Program-made: the position numbers and the translations under genes
The notes under the pieces: model-generated
Seen by the model: the letters and a program-made list of their open reading frames with translations, nothing else
What the model was told of the DNA's origin: nothing
The model's database searches: none
Part shown: positions 1 through 6,840 of the stretch, piece by piece
How positions within the stretch are numbered: the first letter of the stretch is position 1
Layout: each line of letters opens with the position of its first letter
NCBI GenBank assembly: GCA_028283505.1
Contig: JAPOFX010000001.1
Span: forward strand, 137,127-201,126
DNA length: 64,000 nt
Direction of reading: 5' to 3'
From: Candidatus Poseidoniales archaeon
GTDB lineage: Archaea > Thermoplasmatota > Poseidoniia > Poseidoniales > Thalassarchaeaceae

Positions 1-441
1 AGTGAAAACTACATTTCGGACGAATGCTCGGTATCTATCCAGGAAGGAGAGGACTGGTGCCTGGGGGAATCCAACTACACGTCCCTTGGAATAATCGGGA
101 GCCTTCCTAGCACCTCCGTAATGTACAATCCACTCGTCTTAGACACCAGAAGTAGGGCGTCGATACTAAACTCCCTGATCGATTTAAACTATGATATGTA
201 TCTGGAGAATTACTCCCGTCCAGGTTTTGGGACATATACCGGATGTTATGATATATCTGTCCACAAGGTATTCGAGAATATCCCAAAACATAGCTGTGGA
301 GACGAGATTCTAAAAAATATCTTGAATGGACCCGGAATAGTTAGAACCAACTCACAAGAACATCTAGGCGAATACTCTGAGGATGTTCTAATGGTCCCAG
401 GGGGTTTCTACGCCGTCGAGGAATACATGTTGACGGAATAA
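1..441 (+). CDS. Partial CDS (5' end outside window); possible solute-binding component of the downstream phosphonate-type ABC importer
   Basis: Frame 1 is open from base 1 with no stop before the ATG at 121, so the listed 121..441 ORF is probably the tail of a longer gene. Stop at 439-441. It lies 73 nt upstream of the PhnC/PhnE-like genes on the same strand. No diagnostic motif was recognised, so function is from context only. Confidence 0.3.
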   Translation, partial: SENYISDECSVSIQEGEDWCLGESNYTSLGIIGSLPSTSVMYNPLVLDTRSRASILNSLIDLNYDMYLENYSRPGFGTYTGCYDISVHKVFENIPKHSCGDEILKNILNGPGIVRTNSQEHLGEYSEDVLMVPGGFYAVEEYMLTE

Positions 442-514
442 TCCAATTGATGCTAGATAAATTTCCTTCCATCAATACCATATATGGGTTTAGGACCGCC
501 TAAACTATACCAAG

Positions 515-1228
515 GTGGGAGTAATGCAGGCAGGCTCCTTTTTCGTTCAACCAATCTTGGTTCTGAAGGATGTGGTAATAGGATATGATTCCTCAGATCC
601 ACTTGTCAAAGTTCCTGATTTGCAGGTCTTCCCGGGAGAAATAATCGCAATCGCAGGACCCTCAGGCATAGGCAAGTCAACCCTTCTAAGGACAATAGCT
701 GGATTGGTGAGCCCTATATCTGGAACTCTCGAAGTGTGTGGCAAAACCCTTCCAGAAAGTCCTCCAAGAGGACATCTCGGCTATGTCCCCCAAAAACTGG
801 GGCTCGTCCGGCACGCTAGCGTAAGACACAACGTGGATCAGGGTGCGAGAGCTGGAACTAGGTTACGAAAAGAAAGGAATGAACGTTCGACAGGGGCAAT
901 AGAGCAAATGGGACTAACCGACAAGTCCAGAGAGCCGATAAGAAGGCTCTCGGGCGGACAACAGAGGAGGGTCGCGACTGCTCGCACACTGGCTCAGAGG
1001 CCCAGGCTAATTCTGGCAGATGAGTTCCTCAGTGAATTGGATGAAGAGACACTTTCTTCTGTTTTGGAAGCAGTAACTAACTACGTAAGGGAAAACGACG
1101 CTTGTCTTATAGTCGTGGAACATGACATCACTAGAGCTAAGATGATGGCCGACAAGCTCTTGGTAATTGATGACGGAAGAGTAAACCCATTCATCAAGGG
1201 AACGAAAGCATTGGAGGTCAATATATGA
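515..1228 (+). CDS. phnC: ABC transporter ATP-binding protein, phosphonate-import type (PhnC-like)
   Basis: Walker A GPSGIGKST, ABC signature LSGGQQRRV and Walker B LILADEF. GTG start. 4-nt overlap with the following permease gene. Confidence 0.75.
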   Translation: MGVMQAGSFFVQPILVLKDVVIGYDSSDPLVKVPDLQVFPGEIIAIAGPSGIGKSTLLRTIAGLVSPISGTLEVCGKTLPESPPRGHLGYVPQKLGLVRHASVRHNVDQGARAGTRLRKERNERSTGAIEQMGLTDKSREPIRRLSGGQQRRVATARTLAQRPRLILADEFLSELDEETLSSVLEAVTNYVRENDACLIVVEHDITRAKMMADKLLVIDDGRVNPFIKGTKALEVNI

Positions 1229-2142
1229 GGGTTTCAATCGATAGTGGGATCTTAACTAAATCCTTTCTTTGCATACTTATGTTAGCATTCCTTGTACTGA
1301 ATGGTATGGTAAGTGATTGGGGAAGGCTAACCGGAGGTTTCGGAAATCTGAAAAATTTCTTTTATCAGTCACTTTGGCCTCCTGATTGGAGCGTTCTGGA
1401 ACCACAGGTGTACCCGGTTTGCACTGCAAGATATCCCTTTGAGTTCACCTGTTCTACCGCGTGGATAGGAGTCATAGAGACAATCAAAATAGCGTTTGTA
1501 GCGACGGTCTTTGGCATGGCTTTGTCTTTCCCCCTCTCCCTTGCCGCCGCTCGAAACCTCAGTCCAGGTTGGCTATCCTTCTCATCAAGATTTATCCTAT
1601 CAGCATTTAGAAGCCTCCCCAGCCTAATCTGGGCAATATTCTTTGTAATTCTAATCGGTATGGGGCCACTTTCAGGAGTTTTGGCAATGACAGTGTATAC
1701 TGTGGGATACTTGGGTAAATTGTGGTATGAGGCGATAGAGGGCCTGAGTAAGACTCCCTTGGAAGCCGCACAAGCAATGGGTTTGAGCCAGTATGAGACT
1801 GCCCTTAGTGTAGTCGTACCTGAATCAGCAAACGAACTGATTTCCCACTCCATTTTCCTATTCGAGTACAACTTCAGATCTGGGACAATTATTGGCATAG
1901 TTGGAGCCGGTGGAATCGGGTATTACATTGACTTGTATCTGAGGTTCCTGCAGTACGACAAGGTAGTGGCTTATCTTCTCATAATATTCCTAGTGGTACT
2001 AATAATCGACTTCATATCCATTTATGCAAGGTCTTTCTTCACTGAAGATGACGATCTCAAGGCCCCCTCATGGTTCGAAGTAATATATGGCCTCGGGAGA
2101 GCAGCGAGCAATCCCTCGTCGTTTTATCGTGGACGGCGATGA
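1225..2142 (+). CDS. phnE: Phosphonate ABC transporter permease (PhnE-like)
   Basis: Polytopic membrane protein. The C-terminal half carries the PhnE-type pattern EAIEG..PLEAAQAMG..VVVPE..FEYNFRSGTIIGIVGAGGIGYY. Translationally coupled to the ATPase. Confidence 0.75.
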   Translation: MRVSIDSGILTKSFLCILMLAFLVLNGMVSDWGRLTGGFGNLKNFFYQSLWPPDWSVLEPQVYPVCTARYPFEFTCSTAWIGVIETIKIAFVATVFGMALSFPLSLAAARNLSPGWLSFSSRFILSAFRSLPSLIWAIFFVILIGMGPLSGVLAMTVYTVGYLGKLWYEAIEGLSKTPLEAAQAMGLSQYETALSVVVPESANELISHSIFLFEYNFRSGTIIGIVGAGGIGYYIDLYLRFLQYDKVVAYLLIIFLVVLIIDFISIYARSFFTEDDDLKAPSWFEVIYGLGRAASNPSSFYRGRR

Positions 2143-2144
2143 TA

Positions 2145-2396
2145 TCAGGAATCCGCAACAATCCTGATTGCGCCGTCTTCATAGAATATCTGTATGCTAT
2201 CTGGTACCTTCGTGGTAAGGGAGGCTAGTGCTTGGTATACTTCATCTTTCTCGACCTTGAACGCCTCGGCCGCTCTCTCTGTCGACCATGGAACTTCCAC
2301 GAAGTCAGACGCGGAAATCCACCTTAGAAGGCGACTTTCAAATTCTGTGAGATCCTCTGCAGACAATATTATCACATTCCCTATGGGATGGCACAA
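2145..2396 (-). CDS. Hypothetical small protein (83 aa), co-directional with and 22 nt downstream of gpsA
   Basis: The ORF fills the gap between phnE and gpsA. No motif recognised. The overlapping + strand ORF 2194..2472 looks like an antisense artefact. Confidence 0.4.
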   Translation of the reverse strand: MCHPIGNVIILSAEDLTEFESRLLRWISASDFVEVPWSTERAAEAFKVEKDEVYQALASLTTKVPDSIQIFYEDGAIRIVADS

Positions 2397-2418
2397 ATCA
2401 ACCTATCCCAGTAGATTA

Positions 2419-3420
2419 TCAGTTCTCGACCATCATCTTGACAGCATCTTCTGCCTCGATTCTTCCATCTAGAAGCTCCCCTAGGGCTCCTATGAAAGAA
2501 GTCCTTACGCCCAATTTTGGGGCCCTGGCCAGGAACATTCTGGTAGCCCTAACGCCCTCAGCCACCATGTGCATCTCATTCAGTGACTGGTCCAGACTCT
2601 TTCCGGATCCAAGCTTCTCCCCAAGGGTTCTATTCCTGCTCCGGGGGCTTGTCGCGGTGACATACAGATCCCCAAGTCCCGCTGGTCCAAATGCGGTGGT
2701 TCTGGACGCTCCCATTGCCTCCAAGAGGACCATTCCTTCGCTAAACCCCTTCAAAACCAGAGCCGCCTTGAGGTTATCTCCTCCAATAGAGTCTTTCAGC
2801 CCGTCTACCAATCCACACGCAAGGGCCACACAGTTCTTGTACGCGCCCCAAAGCTCTGCACCATTCGGGTCATCTGCTGGGAGAAGGAAGAGAGTCTCGG
2901 TGGAAAGCCTCTGGGAGATCCTTTCAGCGACTCCATGATCATGACATGCAACAATTGCTGTCGTAATGACTCCTCGAGCGACCTCTGGAGCTATGGTCGG
3001 CCCCGTCATCACAACCACAGGATTAGACTTCCCAGCTTCCTCCAACCTCCTTTCTATAGAATCAGAGATTAGCCCCGAACCCCCCTCATCTTCCGGCGCC
3101 AGTCCCTTTGCCAGATCTAGAATTACCTGAGACGGCCTCAAACTTGGTACAATCCTGTCCACGACCTCGAGAATCACACCGCTAGGGAGGGATAGCACGA
3201 GTATCTCGCAGGACTCGACAATATCAGAGAGCTCCATGGTGACCTGTAGCTCTGGTATCTCATGACCACTCAGGTATTTCTCGTTCACAGATTTCGTCAT
3301 CAACGACTCGTAAACCTCCTGCTCGATGGTCCAACCAAGGACATTGTGACCGTCCTCGCACCACACCTTGGCTAGAGCTGTACCCCAGTTGCCTAGTCCG
3401 ATAACCCCTATTCGTGCCAT
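2419..3420 (-). CDS. gpsA: NAD(P)H-dependent glycerol-3-phosphate dehydrogenase (bacterial GpsA type)
   Basis: Motifs seen: N-terminal Rossmann motif IGVIGLGNWGTALA, GPTIAPEVA, YKNCVALACGLVDGL, GLGDLYVTATSPRSRNRTLG and MVAEGV. The ATG at 3420 (MARIGVIG) is preferred over the TTG at 3435 used by the ORF track. Confidence 0.85.
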   Translation of the reverse strand: MARIGVIGLGNWGTALAKVWCEDGHNVLGWTIEQEVYESLMTKSVNEKYLSGHEIPELQVTMELSDIVESCEILVLSLPSGVILEVVDRIVPSLRPSQVILDLAKGLAPEDEGGSGLISDSIERRLEEAGKSNPVVVMTGPTIAPEVARGVITTAIVACHDHGVAERISQRLSTETLFLLPADDPNGAELWGAYKNCVALACGLVDGLKDSIGGDNLKAALVLKGFSEGMVLLEAMGASRTTAFGPAGLGDLYVTATSPRSRNRTLGEKLGSGKSLDQSLNEMHMVAEGVRATRMFLARAPKLGVRTSFIGALGELLDGRIEAEDAVKMMVEN

Positions 3421-3513
3421 GTGCTTCCGCCTCAAGAGGGGGTTAAGACCCTATTCAATGGTTACCCCCCCATACGTTGAGTTCTTGACTGATGAATGAC
3501 CCCGAGCAGCCAA

Positions 3514-3598
3514 GCAGGGGTACCCGAGTGGTCAAAGGGGCTGGGTTTAGGTCCCAGTGCGTAGTGCTTCGCAGGTTCAAATCCTGTCCCCTGCACCA
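3514..3598 (+). tRNA. tRNA-Leu (anticodon UAG), long variable arm, genomically encoded CCA
   Basis: Acceptor stem GCAGGGG/CCCCTGC (7 bp). Anticodon stem CTGGG/CCCAG with loop TTTAGGT (U33, anticodon TAG, purine 37). Long variable arm. T-loop TTCAAAT. Discriminator A followed by CCA. Confidence 0.9.
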
Positions 3599-3655
3599 TA
3601 ATCGTCCCGCGATTCGCCACATCTTTGATAAACAGGGGATTATTGTAATACTCAC

Positions 3656-6067
3656 ATGTCCAGACTAGATGTACTAACTGCCAGCCTGTTACTTATTGTA
3701 GCCTCTCTCTCGGGGTGTATCACCGAAGAACTGGTTGATGATATCCTCGGGTGCATGGATGAGAACGCTGCCAACTACGAAGAAAATGCCACTACTGAAT
3801 TAGTAGGTGACTGTATTTACATGGCCACTGCGGAGACTTTCATGGAAGCCATGACTGACGTAGGTAGCATCGAGGATATACTAGAAGACACTCCCAAGGC
3901 TGGATACTCTCAGTCGATTTCATCGAGCGAATGGAACCAGGATTTGGGGATGCAGATGGACGTCGAGATAGAGGACATCGTAATGGCGGATCTTAATACC
4001 GACTCAGTCTACGTTCACAACTCAATTTCGATTGCAGGGCTATTGCAAATTGAATACACTCATGTGCAGGTCGGCGAGGTTGTCAATATCCACCTGTTAA
4101 TGGGTGGAATGATGGCTCAAGGAGATGCAACACAATCCGTCTCCCAAACCCGTGATGCAACCCCCAATGTTTTGGAGGTAATAGCAGAACAGGCAGGACT
4201 CTTCACTGGCGAAGATGATGACGGGGAAGATGATGATGGACCAGTCGTATCTGATGGTATTCCAGAAGACGCAGTAATTACAATCACCATGAGCGATGAT
4301 ATGGAATCCCAGACCATGACAATGGAGTATACTGAGGATGGCGCTGAGATCACTACGACTATTCACATAGATCAGAATCAAGATCTTGTTTCCATGAGCG
4401 TGGAAAGCGACAATGGCTCTGCGACCTCATCACTAACGTATGAGGTGATGTGGGGAGATGCAATAGTCATCGAGGTGGATGACACACTTCCAAGAACCTC
4501 GATTCCAGTTTGGTTTGATTCTGAGATATTCAACGATGTCAACGACCACGATGACCACGGTGATGACGACTCAGAAGAGATGTTCCCATGCGATGGTGGG
4601 AATACGTGGATCCCTTGGGATTGGGTAAATGACGGCCATGAAGATTGCGAGGACGGTTCTGATGAGTACGACGATGATGGATCAGATTCCGATAACGGGC
4701 CAGAAATGTGGATGTGTGACAACGGCGAAGAAATACCTGGGGATTGGGTGAATGACGGCTATGAAGATTGCGAGGACGGTTCCGATGAGTACGACGATGA
4801 TGGACACGACGATTACACATTCTACTGCTCAAATGACGGTGAAGATTACGCTGAATCAATGGGGGGAATCCTGTGCCCTGAAGGGTCAGGAACAACTCCT
4901 GAATGTCCAAATGGAGAATCTTGTGTGTGCATTGATGTCGATGGTTCTTGTGACGACGGAGATGACGATTGGGGATATTACGCAGACGACGATGATGGAT
5001 CAGATTCCGATAACGGGCCGGAAATGTGGATGTGTGACAACGGCGAAGAAATACCTGGGGATTGGGTGAATGACGGCTATGAAGATTGCGAGGACGGTTC
5101 CGATGAGTACGACGATGATGGACACGACGATGACGATGGACCACCATCACCTGAGGATGTAATGTATATGACCGACTCAGATGGAGATGGCAACATGTCC
5201 CAAGAAGAGTTTGTTACATACTGGAACAATGAAAATCCGGACGCGCCGATAGACTCAGACCAATCCTTCCTAACAACTGAAGACGTAGAGGATTTGATCG
5301 AGTTGTGCGACTACGATGCTCCATCAGATCTCATTGATATCAATGAAATGCTGTGCTTCATCGATAACCTAGTCGGAATGATGCCTGATGATGAAAACAC
5401 CCTGAGTCTGGATGACTTTTTCAGTCACTTTGATACTGATGGTGACGGACATCTCACGGCAACTGAATTCATAGATGTCAACGATGTTCCCGATGACGAG
5501 CAGGACGATGTTCACGACATGTTTGACATGTATGACAATGATGATAGCGGTGGTCTAGATCATTCTGAATTCGAGCCTCTTTACGATATGATGGTGGACA
5601 GTGATCATGACGACAGTGATGATGATAGTGATGGTATGGAGCGAAATGACGCTACTGGATTTGTCGCGGACAATCAGACACTTAACGCTCCGATAACCGA
5701 CTTTGAAGTTCACTTCCTCAGCGACTGTGAGGAGGAGTATGACGAGGATGAGAATCAAATGGTTCAGCCGGATCTAAGTACCTGCACAAACGAATTCAGT
5801 ATCCCCCTAAACGGCGGAGACTCGGAAGGTGTTACGATTACTTACACTGACCACGATGGGGATGGCCTAGTCTCTCCTGGTGATGAGGTGTATGTCGAAT
5901 GGGGCGAATATGATGGCGAGGAGATTGACAAGATGGAGATTTACGATAACTGGGCTTCCCAGTATTCATCAGAATCATCAGCTAATCCGCCTGTATTGCC
6001 AGGATTCGGAGCTGTCTTGGGGGCAATAGCCCTCATCGGTGCCTCAATGGCATCCCGGAGAGATTAG
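3656..6067 (+). CDS. Hyper-acidic Ca-binding cell-surface protein: signal peptide with lipobox, three LDL-receptor-class-A-like modules, Cys-rich spacer, four EF-hand loops, PGF-CTERM anchor
   Basis: N-terminus MSRLDVLTASLLLIVASLSGC. Three copies of C-x13-DC-x-DGSDE (for example CDNGEEIPGDWVNDGYEDCEDGSDE). EF-hand loops DSDGDGNMSQEE, DTDGDGHLTATE, DNDDSGGLDHSE and DHDGDGLVSPGD. C-terminus PPVLPGFGAVLGAIALIGASMASRRD. Confidence 0.85.
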   Translation: MSRLDVLTASLLLIVASLSGCITEELVDDILGCMDENAANYEENATTELVGDCIYMATAETFMEAMTDVGSIEDILEDTPKAGYSQSISSSEWNQDLGMQMDVEIEDIVMADLNTDSVYVHNSISIAGLLQIEYTHVQVGEVVNIHLLMGGMMAQGDATQSVSQTRDATPNVLEVIAEQAGLFTGEDDDGEDDDGPVVSDGIPEDAVITITMSDDMESQTMTMEYTEDGAEITTTIHIDQNQDLVSMSVESDNGSATSSLTYEVMWGDAIVIEVDDTLPRTSIPVWFDSEIFNDVNDHDDHGDDDSEEMFPCDGGNTWIPWDWVNDGHEDCEDGSDEYDDDGSDSDNGPEMWMCDNGEEIPGDWVNDGYEDCEDGSDEYDDDGHDDYTFYCSNDGEDYAESMGGILCPEGSGTTPECPNGESCVCIDVDGSCDDGDDDWGYYADDDDGSDSDNGPEMWMCDNGEEIPGDWVNDGYEDCEDGSDEYDDDGHDDDDGPPSPEDVMYMTDSDGDGNMSQEEFVTYWNNENPDAPIDSDQSFLTTEDVEDLIELCDYDAPSDLIDINEMLCFIDNLVGMMPDDENTLSLDDFFSHFDTDGDGHLTATEFIDVNDVPDDEQDDVHDMFDMYDNDDSGGLDHSEFEPLYDMMVDSDHDDSDDDSDGMERNDATGFVADNQTLNAPITDFEVHFLSDCEEEYDEDENQMVQPDLSTCTNEFSIPLNGGDSEGVTITYTDHDGDGLVSPGDEVYVEWGEYDGEEIDKMEIYDNWASQYSSESSANPPVLPGFGAVLGAIALIGASMASRRD
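4670..4813. repeat. 144-bp direct repeat, copy 1 (encodes an LDLa-like module)
   Basis: gacgatgatggatcagattccgataacgggcc..gatggacacgacgat is identical to 4988..5131 except for one base (gggccA versus gggccG). Confidence 0.9.
4988..5131. repeat. 144-bp direct repeat, copy 2
   Basis: Near-perfect copy of 4670..4813, offset by 318 bp and in frame. A more diverged third copy lies at about 4589..4669. Confidence 0.9.
5990..6064 (+). other. PGF-CTERM archaeosortase-type sorting signal
   Basis: A Ser-rich linker (SSESSANPPVL) is followed by the PGF tripeptide, a hydrophobic helix (GAVLGAIALIGASMA) and a basic tail (SRRD) at the extreme C-terminus. Confidence 0.8.
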
Positions 6068-6129
6068 ATTGGGCGTCCAATAGCTCCAGACGATACCTCA
6101 ATATCCAACAACTGAGTGGCAGGTCTACC

Positions 6130-6831
6130 ATGCCACTCCTGTCAATGAATAATCTAAAGAGGCACTATGAAACTCCTGCGGGAACTGTGAAGGCCCTTGA
6201 TGGAATCAATATTCAGATAGACGAGGGAGAGAGGGTTCTTCTCTTGGGTCCCTCGGGATCAGGAAAGACCACTCTTCTGAACTGCCTATCGGCCTTGGAT
6301 AGTCCTACTGACGGCTCATACATTTTCATGGGGTCAGAAGTCCCTAGGGGCAACTCTGAGGAAATGACCTCATTCAGAAGGGAGAACATAGGATACGTGT
6401 TCCAGTTCTTCAACCTCCTCCAGGATCTTACGGTGATTGAGAACATTTCGCTCATTCAGGAGCTGGCTGGGAACAGGGACAAGTCTAGGGCGGAGGAACT
6501 GCTCAGATTAGTCGGGCTCCACTCCGAAAGGAATAGGTTCCCCGGAGAGATTAGCGGAGGGCAGCAACAGAGGGTTGCTATTGCCAGAAGTATAGCCAAG
6601 AGGCCTACTCTTCTCCTAGGCGACGAACTCACTGGGAATCTAGATTCTGAGACCTCCGACAAGGTGATGCAAGTTCTCGTTGAGGCCTGTGAGAAGGAGA
6701 ACATCACGGCTGTCCTGGTTACTCACGACGAATCTCTGATCGCATATGCAACCAGGGTTATCAGGATAGATAGTGGTCGGATAGTATCAGATGAAAAGAC
6801 AGTTTCAAGCGAGAAAGAGACCATTTCTTGA
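6130..6831 (+). CDS. ABC transporter ATP-binding protein, MacB/LolD type
   Basis: Walker A GPSGSGKTT, Q-loop region, signature ISGGQQQRVAIARS and Walker B LLLGDELTGNLD. Followed by an FtsX-type permease. Confidence 0.8.
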   Translation: MPLLSMNNLKRHYETPAGTVKALDGINIQIDEGERVLLLGPSGSGKTTLLNCLSALDSPTDGSYIFMGSEVPRGNSEEMTSFRRENIGYVFQFFNLLQDLTVIENISLIQELAGNRDKSRAEELLRLVGLHSERNRFPGEISGGQQQRVAIARSIAKRPTLLLGDELTGNLDSETSDKVMQVLVEACEKENITAVLVTHDESLIAYATRVIRIDSGRIVSDEKTVSSEKETIS

Positions 6832-6840
6832 GGTGGAATA

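Noticed and set aside
3455-3655. 66-aa minus-strand ORF
   Set aside because: It lies entirely over the tRNA-Leu gene and its flanks, and the tRNA cloverleaf is unambiguous.
4589-5131. Possibility that the spaced repeats are a CRISPR-like or mobile-element array
   Set aside because: The repeats are 144 bp, in frame and coding (LDLa-like modules). There are only two near-identical copies, with no short palindromic repeat/spacer periodicity and no cas or transposase genes.
4097-5150. Minus-strand ORFs of 78-203 aa, including a His/Arg-rich 203-aa ORF (4539..5150) and a Ser-rich one, opposite the acidic surface-protein gene
   Set aside because: They are the antisense reading of GAT/GAC/GAA-rich codons. 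They are low-complexity with no motifs, and the + strand frame carries strong domain signatures (LDLa-like, EF-hand, PGF-CTERM).
3656-6067. Eukaryotic contamination as the source of the LDL-receptor-like gene
   Set aside because: The gene has no introns, has a prokaryotic signal peptide with a lipobox, ends in an archaeal PGF-CTERM signal, and is flanked within 60 nt by an archaeal-type tRNA and an ABC operon on the same contig.
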